Assembly: GCF_009914755.1 (NCBI RefSeq)
Contig: NC_060925.1
Length of the DNA: 64,000 nt
Source of the DNA: the human T2T-CHM13v2.0 reference genome, Homo sapiens
Direction: 5' to 3' (one strand)
The notes under the pieces are model-generated. The model had not been told where the DNA came from, made no database searches, and saw only the letters and a program-made list of their open reading frames with translations. The position numbers and the translations under genes were made by a program. Positions 53,501-64,000 of the stretch are shown here, one piece after another. The number at the start of each line of letters is the position of its first letter. The stretch's first letter is position 1.

Positions 53501-56240
53501 ACCTTTCTGTTCATAGAGCAGTTAGGAAACACTCTGTTTGTAAAGTCTGCAAGTGGATATCCGACCTCCTTGAGGCCTTCGTTGGAAACGGGATTTCTTC
53601 ATATTCTGCTAGACAGAAGAATTCTCAGTAACTTCCTTGTGTTGTGTGTATTCAACTCACAGAGTTGAACGATCCTTTACACAGAGCAGACTTGAAACTC
53701 TCTTTTTGTGGAATTTGCAAGTGGAGATTTCAGCCGCTTTGAGGTCAATGGTAGAAAAGGAAATATCTTCGTATAAAGACTAGACAGAATGATTCTCAGA
53801 AACTCCTTTGTGATGTGTGCGTTCAACTCACAGAGTTTAACTTTTCTTTTCATAGAGCAGTTAGGAAACACTCTGTTTGTAAAGTCTGCAAGTGGATATT
53901 CAGACCTCTTTGAGGCCTTCGTTGGAAACGGGATTTCTTCATATTATGCTAGACAGAAGAATTCTCAGTAACTTCCTTGTGTTGTGTGTATTCAACTCAC
54001 AGAGTTGAACGATCCTTTACACAGAGCAGACTTGAAACATTCTTTTTGTGGAATTTGCAAGTGGAGATTTCAGCCGCTTTGAGGTCAATGGTAGAATAGG
54101 AAATATCTTCCTATAGAAACTAGACAGAACGATTCTCAGAAACTCCATTGTGATGTGTGCGTTCAACTCACAGAGTTTAACCTTTCTTTTCATGGAGCAG
54201 TTAGGAAACACTCTGTTTGTAAAGTCTGCAAGTGGATATTCAGACCTCTTTGAGGCCTTCGTTGGAAACGGGATTTCTTCCTATTCTGCTAGACAGAAGA
54301 ATTCTCAGTAACTTCCTTGTGTTGTGTGTATTCAACTCACAGAGTTGAACGATCCTTTACACAGAGCAGACTTGAAACACTCTTTTTGTGGAATTTGCAA
54401 GTGGAGATTTCAGCCGCATTGAGGTCAATAGTAGAAAAGGAAATATCTTCGTAGAAAAACTAGACAGAATGATTCTCAGAAACTCCTTTGTGATGTGTGT
54501 GTTCAACTCACAGAGTTTAAGCTTTCTTTTCATAGAGCAGTTAGTAAACACTCTGTTTATAAAGTCTGCAAGTGGATATTCAGACCCCTTTGAGGCCTTC
54601 GTTGGAAACGGGATTTCTTCATATTATGCTAGACAGAAGAATTCTCAGTAACTTCCTTGTGTTGTGTGTATTCAACTGACAGAGTTGAACTTTCATTTAG
54701 AGAGAGCAGATTTGAAACACTGTTTTTGTGGAATTTGCAATTGGAGATTTCAAGCGCTTTGGGGCCAAAGGCAGAAAAGGAAATATCTTCGTATAAAAAC
54801 TAGACAGAATCATTCTCAGAAACTGCTGCGTGATGTGTGCGTTCAACTCTCAGAGTTTAACTTTTCTTTTCATTCAGCGGTTTGGAAACACTCTGTTTGT
54901 AAAGTCTGCACGTGGATATTTTGACCACTTAGAGGCCTTCGTTGGAAACGGGTTTTTTTCATGTAAGGCTAGACAGAAGAATTCCCAGTAACTTCCTTGT
55001 GTTGTGTGCATTCAACTCACAGAGTTGAACGTTCCCTTAGACAGAGCAGATTTGAAACACTCTATTTGTGCAATTTGCAAGTGTAGTTTTCAAGCTCTTT
55101 AAGGTCAACGGCAGAAAAGGAAATATCTTCGTTTCAAAACTAGACAGAATCATTCCCACAAACTGCGTTGTGATGTGTTCGTTCAACTCACAGAGTTTAA
55201 CCTTTCTGTTCATAGAGCAGTTAGGAAACACTCTGTTTGTAAAGTCTGTAAGTGGATATTCTGACATCTTGTGGCCTTCGTTGGAAACGGGATTTCTTCA
55301 TATTCTGCTAGACAGAAGAATTCTCAGTAACTTCCTTGTGTTGTGTGTATTCAACTCACAGAGTTGAACGATCCTTTACACAGAGCAGACTTGAAACACT
55401 CTTTTTGTGGAATTTGCAAGTGGAGATTTCAGCCGCTTTGAGGTCAATGGTAGAAAAGGAAACTATCTTCATATAAAGACTAGACAGAATGATTCTCAGA
55501 AAATCTTTTGTGATGTGTGCGTTCAACTCACAGAGTTTAACTTTTCTTCTCATAGAGCAGTTAGGAAACACTCTGTTTGTAAAGTCTGCAAGTGGATATT
55601 CAGACCTCTTTGAGGCCTTCGTTGGAAACGGGATTTCTTCATATTCTGCTAGACAGAAGAATTCTCAGTAACTTCCTTGTGTTGTGTGTATTCAACTCAC
55701 AGAGTTGAAGGATCCTTTACAGAGAGCAGGCTTGAAACACTCTTTTTGTCGAATTTGCAAGTGGAGATTTCAGCCGCTTTGAGGTCAATGGTAGAATAGG
55801 AAATATCTTCTTATAGAAACTAGACAGAATGATTCTCATAAACTCCTTTGTGATGTGTGCGTTCAACTCACAGAGTTTAACCTTTCTTTTCATAGAGCAG
55901 TTAGGAAACACTCTGTTTGTAAAGTCTGCAAGTGGATATTCAGACCTCCTTGAGGCCTTCGTTGGAAACGGGATTTCTTCATATTCTGCTAGACAGAAGA
56001 ATTCTCAGTAACTTCCTTGTGTTGTGTTTATTCAACTCACAGAGTTGAATGATCCTTTACACAGAGCAGACTTGAAACACTCTTTTTGTGGAATTTGCAA
56101 GTGGAGATTTCAGCCGCTTTGAGGTAAATGGTAGAAAAGTAAATATCTTCGTATAAAGACTAGACAGAATGATTCTCAGAAACTCCTTTGTGATGTGTGC
56201 GTTCAACTCACAGAGTTTAACCTTTCTGTTCATAGAGCAG
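44560..56240 (+). repeat. Tandem macro-duplication with 5,778 bp period (17 dimers)
   Basis: Private variants (GGAATCAC, mutant box CTTTGTTGG, TTATGGTC, GACAGTGTTG, GGTCGAAAA, TATCCGACC, CATGGAGC, AAGCTTTC) all recur at +5,778. Confidence 0.85.
45860..48578 (+). repeat. Full 16-monomer HOR copy ABCDEFGH (2,719 bp)
   Basis: All eight dimer types; 1-bp deletion (GATATCCGACC) in F. Confidence 0.9.
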
Positions 56241-57075
56241 TTAGGAAACACTCTGTTTGTAAAGTCTGCAAGTGGATATCCGACCTCCTTGAGGCCTTCG
56301 TTGGAAACGGGATTTCTTCATATTCTGCTAGACAGAAGAATTCTCAGTAACTTCCTTGTGTTGTGTGTATTCAACTCACAGAGTTGAACGATCCTTTACA
56401 CAGAGCAGACTTGAAACACTCTTTTTGTGGAATTTGCAAGTGGAGATTTCAGCCGCTTTGAGGTCAATGGTAGAAAAGGAAATATCTTCGTATAAAGACT
56501 AGACAGAATGATTCTCAGAAACTCCTTTGTGATGTGTGCGTTCAACTCACAGAGTTTAACTTTTCTTTTCATAGAGCAGTTAGGAAACACTCTGTTTGTA
56601 AAGTCTGCAAGTGGATATTCAGACCTCTTTGAGGCCTTCGTTGGAAACGGGATTTCTTCATATTATGCTAGACAGAAGAATTCTCAGTAACTTCCTTGTG
56701 TTGTGTGTATTCAACTCACAGAGTTGAACGATCCTTTACACAGAGCAGACTTGAAACATTCTTTTTGTGGAATTTGCAAGTGGAGATTTCAGCCGCTTTG
56801 AGGTCAATGGTAGAATAGGAAATATCTTCCTATAGAAACTAGACAGAACGATTCTCAGAAACTCCATTGTGATGTGTGCGTTCAACTCACAGAGTTTAAC
56901 CTTTCTTTTCATAGAGCAGTTAGGAAACACTCTGTTTGTAAAGTCTGCAAGTGGATATTCAGACCTCTTTGAGGCCTTCGTTGGAAACGGGATTTCTTCC
57001 TATTCTGCTAGACAGAAGAATTCTCAGTAACTTCCTTGTGTTGTGTGTATTCAACTCACAGAGTTGAACGATCCT
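51638..57075 (+). repeat. Two adjacent full 16-monomer HOR copies (2 x 2,719 bp)
   Basis: ABCDEFGH at 51638 and 54357, both with the GATATCCGACC deletion in F and CTCCATTG in H. Confidence 0.9.
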
Positions 57076-58094
57076 TTACACAGAGCAGACTTGAAACACT
57101 CTTTTTGTGGAATTTGCAAGTGGAGATTTCAGCCGCATTGAGGTCAATAGTAGAAAAGGAAATATCTTCGTAGAAAAACTAGACAGAATGATTCTCAGAA
57201 ACTCCTTTGTGATGTGTGTGTTCAACTCACAGAGTTTAAGCTTTCTTTTCATAGAGCAGTTAGTAAACACTCTGTTTATAAAGTCTGCAAGTGGATATTC
57301 AGACCCCTTTGAGGCCTTCGTTGGAAACGGGATTTCTTCATATTATGCTAGACAGAAGAATTCTCAGTAACTTCCTTGTGTTGTGTGTATTCAACTGACA
57401 GAGTTGAACTTTCATTTAGAGAGAGCAGATTTGAAACACTGTTTTTGTGGAATTTGCAATTGGAGATTTCAAGCGCTTTGGGGCCAAAGGCAGAAAAGGA
57501 AATATCTTCGTATAAAAACTAGACAGAATCATTCTCAGAAACTCCTTTGTGATGTGTGCGTTCAACTCTCAGAGTTTAACTTTTCTTTTCATTCAGCGGT
57601 TTGGAAACACTCTGTTTGTAAAGTCTGCACGTGGATATTTTGACCACTTAGAGGCCTTCGTTGGAAACGGGTTTTTTTCATGTAAGGCTAGACAGAAGAA
57701 TTCCCAGTAACTTCCTTGTGTTGTGTGCATTCAACTCACAGAGTTGAACGTTCCCTTAGACAGAGCAGATTTGAAACACTCTATTTGTGCAATTTGCAAG
57801 TGTAGATTTCAAGCGCTTTAAGGTCAACGGCAGAAAAGGAAATATCTTCGTTTCAAAACTAGACAGAATCATTCCCACAAACTGCGTTGTGATGTGTTCG
57901 TTCAACTCACAGAGTTTAACCTTTCTGTTCATAGAGCAGTTAGGAAACACTCTGTTTGTAAAGTCTGTAAGTGGATATTCTGACATCTTGTGGCCTTCGT
58001 TGGAAACGGGATTTCTTCATATTCTGCTAGACAGAAGAATTCTCAGTAACTTCCTTGTGTTGTGTGTATTCAACTCACAGAGTTGAACGATCCT

Positions 58095-61000
58095 TTACAC
58101 AGAGCAGACTTGAAACACTCTTTTTGTGGAATTTGCAAGTGGAGATTTCAGCCGCTTTGAGGTCAATGGTAGAAAAGTAAATATCTTCGTATAAAGACTA
58201 GACAGAATGATTCTCAGAAACTTCTTTGTGATGTGTGTGTTCAACTCACAGAGTTTAACCTTTCTTTTCATAGAGCAGTTAGTAAACACTCTGTTTATAA
58301 AGTCTGCAAGTGGATATTCAGACCCCTTTGAGGCCTTCGTTGGAAACGGGATTTCTTCATATTATGCTAGACAGAAGAATTCTCAGTAACTTCCTTGTGT
58401 TGTGTGTATTCAACTGACAGAGTTGAACTTTCATTTAGAGAGAGTAGTTTTGAAACACTGTTTTTGTGGAATTTGCAAGTGGAGATTTCAAGCGCTTTGG
58501 GGCCAAAGGCAGAAAAGGAAATATCTTCGTATAAAAACTAGACAGAATCATTCTCAGAAACTGCTGCGTGATGTGTGCGTTCAACTCTCAGAGTTTAACT
58601 TTTCTTTTCATTCAGCGGTTTGGAAACACTCTGTTTGTAAAGTCTGCACGTGGAAATTTTGACCACTTAGAGGCCTTCGTTGGAAACGGGTTTTTTTCAT
58701 GTAAGGCTAGACAGAAGAATTCCCAGTAACTTCCTTGTGTTGTGTGCATTCAACTCACAGAGTTGAACGTTCCCTTAGACAGAGCAGATTTGAAACACTC
58801 TGTTTCTGCAATTTGCAAGTGTAGTTTTCAAGCTCTTTAAGGTCAACGGCAGAAAAGGAAATATCATCGTTTCAAAACTAGACAGAATCATTCCCACAAA
58901 CTGCGTTGTGATGTGTTCGTTCAACTCACAGAGTTTAACCTTTCTGTTCATAGAGCAGTTAGGAAACACTCTGTTTGTAAAGTCTGTAAGTGGATATTCT
59001 GACATCTTGTGGCCTTCGTTGGAAACGGGATTTCTTCATATTCTGCTAGACAGAAGAATTCTCAGTAACTTCCTTGTGTTGTGTGTATTCAACTCACAGA
59101 GTTGAACGATCCTTTACACAGAGCAGACTTGAAACACTCTTTTTGTGGAATTTGCAAGTGGAGATTTCAGCCGCTTTGAGGTCAATGGTAGAAAAGGAAA
59201 CTATCTTCATATAAAGACTAGACAGAATGATTCTCAGAAAATCTTTTGTGATGTGTGCGTTCAACTCACAGAGTTTAACTTTTCTTCTCATAGAGCAGTT
59301 AAGAAACACTCTGTTTGTAAAGTCTGCAAGTGGATATTCAGACCTCTTTGAGGCCTTCGTTGGAAACGGGATTTCTTCATATTCTGCTAGACAGAAGAAT
59401 TCTCAGTAACTTCCTTGTGTTGTGTGTATTCAACTCACAGAGTTGAAGGATCCTTTACAGAGAGCAGGCTTGAAACACTCTTTTTGTCGAATTTGCAAGT
59501 GGAGATTTCAGCCGCTTTGAGGTCAATGGTAGAATAGGAAATATCTTCTTATAGAAACTAGACAGAATGATTCTCATAAACTCCTTTGTGATGTGTGCGT
59601 TCAACTCACAGAGTTTAACCTTTCTTTTCATAGAGCAGTTAGGAAACACTCTGTTTGTAAAGTCTGCAAGTGGATATTCAGACCTCCTTGAGGCCTTCGT
59701 TGGAAACGGGATTTCTTCATATTCTGCTAGACAGAAGAATTCTCAGTAACTTCCTTGTGTTGTGTTTATTCAACTCACAGAGTTGAATGATCCTTTACAC
59801 AGAGCAGACTTGAAACACTCTTTTTGTGGAATTTGCAAGTGGAGATTTCAGCCGCTTTGAGGTCAATGGTAGAAAAGTAAATATCTTCGTATAAAGACTA
59901 GACAGAATGATTCTCAGAAACTCCTTTGTGATGTGTGCGTTCAACTCACAGAGTTTAACCTTTCTGTTCATAGAGCAGTTAGGAATCACTCTGTTTGTAA
60001 AGTCTGCAAGTGGATATTCAGACCTCCTTGAGGCCTTTGTTGGAAACGGGATTTCTTCATATTCTGCTAGACAGAAGAATTCTCAGTAACTTCCTTGTGT
60101 TGTGTGTATTCAACTCACAGAGTTGAACGATCCTTTACACAGAGCAGACTTGAAACACTCTTTTTGTGGAATTTGCAAGAGGAGATTTCAGCCGATTTGA
60201 GGTCAATAGTAGAAAAGGAAACATCTTCGTAGAAAAACTAGACAGAATGATTCTCAGAAACTCCTTTGTGATGTGTGTGTTCAACTCACAGAGTTTAACC
60301 TTTCTTTTCATAGAGCAGTTAGTAAACACTCTGTTTATAAAGTCTGCAAGTGGATATTCAGACCCCTTTGAGGCCTTCGTTGGAAACGGGATTTCTTCAT
60401 ATTATGCTAGACAGAAGAATTCTCAGTAACTTCCTTGTGTTGTGTGTATTCAACTGACAGAGTTGAACTTTCATTTGGAGAGAGCAGATTTGAAACACTG
60501 TTTTTGTGGAATTTGCAAGTGGAGATTTCAAGCGCTTTGGGGCCAAAGGCAGAAAAGGAAATATCTTCGTATAAAAACTAGACAGAATCATTCTCAGAAA
60601 CTGCTGCGTGATGTGTGCGTTCAACTCTCAGAGTTTAACTTTTCTTTTCATTCAGCGGTTTGGAAACACTCTGTTTGTAAAGTCTGCACGTGGATATTTT
60701 GACCACTTAGAGGCCTTCGTTGGAAACGGGTTTTTTTCATGTAAGGCTAGACAGAAGAATTCCCAGTAACTTCCTTGTGTTGTGTGCATTCAACTCACAG
60801 AGTTGAACGTTCCCTTAGACAGAGCAGATTTGAAACACTCTATTTGTGCAATTTGCAAGTGTAGTTTTCAAGCTCTTTATGGTCAACGGCAGAAAAGGAA
60901 ATATCTTCGTTTCAAAACTAGACAGAATCATTCCCACAAACTGCGTTGTGATGTGTTCGTTCAACTCACAGAGTTTAACCTTTCTGTTCATAGAGCAGTT

Positions 61001-64000
61001 AGGAAACACTCTGTTTGTAAAGTCTGTAAGTGGATATTCTGACATCTTGTGGCCTTCGTTGGAAACGGGATTTCTTCATATTCTGCTAGACAGAAGAATT
61101 CTCAGTAACTTCCTTGTGTTGTGTGTATTCAACTCACAGAGTTGAACGATCCTTTACACAGAGCAGACTTGAAACACTCTTTTTGTGGAATTTGCAAGTG
61201 GAGATTTCAGCCGCTTTGAGGTCAATGGTAGAAAAGGAAACTATCTTCATATAAAGACTAGACAGAATGATTCTCAGAAAATCTTTTGTGATGTGTGCGT
61301 TCAACTCACAGAGTTTAACTTTTCTTCTCATAGAGCAGTTAGGAAACACTCTGTTTGTAAAGTCTGCAAGTGGATATTCAGACCTCTTTGAGGCCTTCGT
61401 TGGAAACGGGATTTCTTCATATTCTGCTAGACAGAAGAATTCTCAGTAACTTCCTTGTGTTGTGTGTATTCAACTCACAGAGTTGAAGGATCCTTTACAG
61501 AGAGCAGGCTTGAAACACTCTTTTTGTCGAATTTGCAAGTGGAGATTTCAGCCGCTTTGAGGTCAATGGTAGAATAGGAAATATCTTCTTATAGAAACTA
61601 GACAGAATGATTCTCATAAACTCCTTTGTGATGTGTGCGTTCAACTCACAGAGTTTAACCTTTCTTTTCATAGAGCAGTTAGGAAACACTCTGTTTGTAA
61701 AGTCTGCAAGTGGATATTCAGACCTCCTTGAGGCCTTCGTTGGAAACGGGATTTCTTCATATTCTGCTAGACAGAAGAATTCTCAGTAACTTCCTTGTGT
61801 TGTGTTTATTCAACTCACAGAGTTGAATGATCCTTTACACAGAGCAGACTTGAAACACTCTTTCTGTGGAATTTGCAAGTGGAGATTTCAGCCGCTTTGA
61901 GGTCAATGGTAGAAAAGTAAATATCTTCGTATAAAGACTAGACAGAATGATTCTCAGAAACTCCTTTGTGATGTGTGCGTTCAACTCACAGAGTTTAACC
62001 TTTCTGTTCATAGAGCAGTTAGGAAACACTCTGTTTGTAAAGTCTGCAAGTGGATATTCAGACCTCCTTGAGGCCTTCTTTGGAAACGGGATTTCTTCAT
62101 ATTCTGCTAGACAGAAGAATTCTCAGTAACTTCCTTGTGTTGTGTGTATTCAACTCACAGAGTTGAACGATCCTTTACACAGAGCAGACTTGAAACACTC
62201 TTTTTGTGGAATTTGCAAGAGGAGATTTCAGCCGCTTTGAGGTCAATAGTAGAAAAGGAAACATCTTCGTAGAAAAACTAGACAGAATGATTCTCAGAAA
62301 CTCCTTTGTGATGTGTGTGTTCAACTCACAGAGTTTAACCTTTCTTTTCATAGAGCAGTTAGTAAACACTCTGTTTATAAAGTCTGCAAGTGGATATTCA
62401 GACCCCTTTGAGGCCTTCGTTGGAAACGGGATTTCTTCATATTATGCTAGACAGAAGAATTCTCAGTAACTTCCTTGTGTTGTGTGTATTCAACTGACAG
62501 AGTTGAACTTTCATTTGGAGAGAGCAGATTTGAAACACTGTTTTTGTGGAATTTGCAAGTGGAGATTTCAAGCGCTTTGGGGCCAAAGGCAGAAAAGGAA
62601 ATATCTTCGTATAAACACTAGACAGAATCATTCTCAGAAACTGCTGCGTGATGTGTGCGTTCAACTCTCAGAGTTTAACCTTTCTTTTCATTCAGCGGTT
62701 TGGAAACACTCTGTTTGTAAAGTCTGCACGTGGATATTTTGACCACTTAGAGGCCTTCGTTGGAAACGGGTTTTTTTCATGTAAGGCTAGACAGAAGAAT
62801 TCCCAGTAACTTCCTTGTGTTGTGTGCATTCAACTCACAGAGTTGAACGTTCCCTTAGACAGAGCAGATTTGAAACACTCTATTTGTGCAATTTGCAAGT
62901 GTAGTTTTCAAGCTCTTTAAGTTCAACGGCAGAAAAGGAAATATCTTCGTTTCAAAACTAGACAGAATCATTCCCACAAACTGCGTTGTGATGTGTTCGT
63001 TCAACTCACAGAGTTTAACCTTTCTGTTCATAGAGCAGTTAGGAAACACTCTGTTTGTAAAGTCTGTAAGTGGATATTCTGACATCTTGTGGCCTTCGTG
63101 GGAAACGGGATTTCTTCATATTCTGCTAGACAGAAGAATTCTCAGTAACTTCCTTGTGTTGTGTGTATTCATCTCACAGAGTTGAACGATCCTTTACACA
63201 GAGCAGACTTGAAACACTCTTTTTGTGGAATTTGCAAGTGGAGATTTCAGCCGCTTTGAGGTCAATGGTAGAAAAGGAAACTATCTTCATATAAAGACTA
63301 GACAGAATGATTCTCAGAAAATCTTTTGTGATGTGTGCGTTCAACTCACAGAGTTTAACTTTTCTTCTCATAGAGCAGTTAGGAAACACTCTGTTTGTAA
63401 AGTCTGCAAGTGGATATTCTGACATCTTTGAGGCCTTCGTTGGAAACGGGATTTCTTCATATTCTGCTAGACAGAAGAATTCTCAGTAACTTCCTTGTGT
63501 TGTGTGTATTCAACTCACAGAGTTGAAGGATCCTTTACAGAGAGCAGGCTTGAAACACTCTTTTTGTCGAATTTGCAAGTGGAGATTTCAGCCGCTTTGA
63601 GGTCAATGGTTGAATAGGAAATATCTTCTTATAGAAACTAGACAGAATGATTCTCATAAACTCCTTTGTGATGTGTGCGTTCAACTCACAGAGTTTAACC
63701 TTTCTTTTCATAGAGCAGTTAGGAAACACTCTGTTTGTAAAGTCTGCAAGTGGATATTCAGACCTCTTTGAGGCCTTCGTTGGAAACGGGATTTCTTCAT
63801 ATTCTGCTAGACAGAAGAATTCTCAGTAACTTCCTTGTGTTGTGTTTATTCAACTCACAGAGTTGAATGATCCTTTACACAGAGCAGACTTGAAACACTC
63901 TTTTTGTGGAATTTGCAAGTGGAGATTTCAGCCGCTTTGAGGTCAATGGTAGAAAAGTAAATATCTTCGTATAAAGACTAGACAGAATGATTCTCAGAAA
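58095..64000 (+). repeat. Run of 12-monomer HOR variants ABCDEF (2,040 bp period; first begins with an F/A hybrid dimer, last is cut by the window end)
   Basis: Unit starts at 58095, 60135 and 62175; G and H dimers absent. Other ABCDEF units start at 17642, 25122, 28862, 41442 and 48579. Confidence 0.85.

Larger units (their letters stand above)
1..64000 (+). repeat. Centromeric alpha-satellite higher-order-repeat array, suprachromosomal family 1 (J1/J2 dimer, ~340 bp); most likely the human chr1/5/19 live array (D1Z7/D5Z2/D19Z3; S1C1/5/19H1L)
   Basis: Continuous head-to-tail ~170 bp monomers alternating as a 340 bp dimer (ORF track recurs every 340 bp). Alphoid motifs TTCAACTCACAGAGTT, GAAACACTCTTTTTGTGGAATTTGCAAGTGGA, CTAGACAGAA; CENP-B box in alternate monomers; GAATTC once per dimer. 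Alpha-satellite/SF1 call is secure; the chr1/5/19 assignment is from recognising the dimer consensus, not a database search, and the individual chromosome cannot be determined here. Confidence 0.97.

Noticed and set aside
63094-63110. Variant CENP-B box CTTCGTGGGAAACGGGA
   Set aside because: The change is outside the core recognition positions (TTCG, A, CGGG intact), so it is not counted as disrupted.
4-63829. Hundreds of 60-99 aa ORFs on both strands (MEFASGDFSRF..., MILRNSFVMC..., MFPNCSM...)
   Set aside because: They recur every 340 bp, overlap in several frames, mostly begin at non-ATG codons, are freely frameshifted by 1-bp indels and resemble no protein family I recognise. They are chance translations of alpha satellite.
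1-64000. CRISPR-like array or other prokaryotic repeat system
   Set aside because: No unique spacers and no cas-like ORFs; the sequence between conserved motifs is itself repeated.
1-64000. Transposon insertion (L1/Alu), inversion or non-satellite island
   Set aside because: The 340-bp periodicity and plus-strand CENP-B boxes continue without a gap; the largest indel seen is 4 bp.
1-64000. Assignment to a single chromosome (1, 5 or 19)
   Set aside because: These chromosomes share this HOR family; deciding needs alignment of rare k-mers to T2T assemblies, which I cannot run.

Overview
The whole 64 kb window is one uninterrupted, single-orientation human-type centromeric alpha-satellite array. 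It holds about 188 dimers of about 340 bp, each made of two ~170 bp monomers, with a CENP-B box (CTTCGTTGGAAACGGGA) in every second monomer and an EcoRI site about every 340 bp. The dimer sequence is that of suprachromosomal family 1 (J1/J2) and, from recall rather than a search, matches the live array shared by chromosomes 1/5/19 (D1Z7/D5Z2/D19Z3, S1C1/5/19H1L). I see no genes, RNA genes, transposon insertions or inversions, and all ORFs in the track are by-products of the repeat. I found no new protein- or RNA-coding system; the interest is structural. Diagnostic SNVs separate eight dimer types (A-H), which form a 16-monomer (2,720 bp) ABCDEFGH higher-order repeat and many shorter variants (6-, 8-, 10-, 12-, 14-mers) around a constant B-C core. 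These units are grouped into nested multi-kb duplications (offsets 2,719, 3,740, 4,760, 5,778, 7,480, 9,516, 11,220 and 25,160 bp). The centre (~8.5-44 kb) is homogeneous with intact CENP-B boxes, while the flanks are more mutated and share variants with each other. Dimer typing and breakpoints were read by eye, using the ORF track as a SNV readout, so block ends are approximate (about 50-100 bp).
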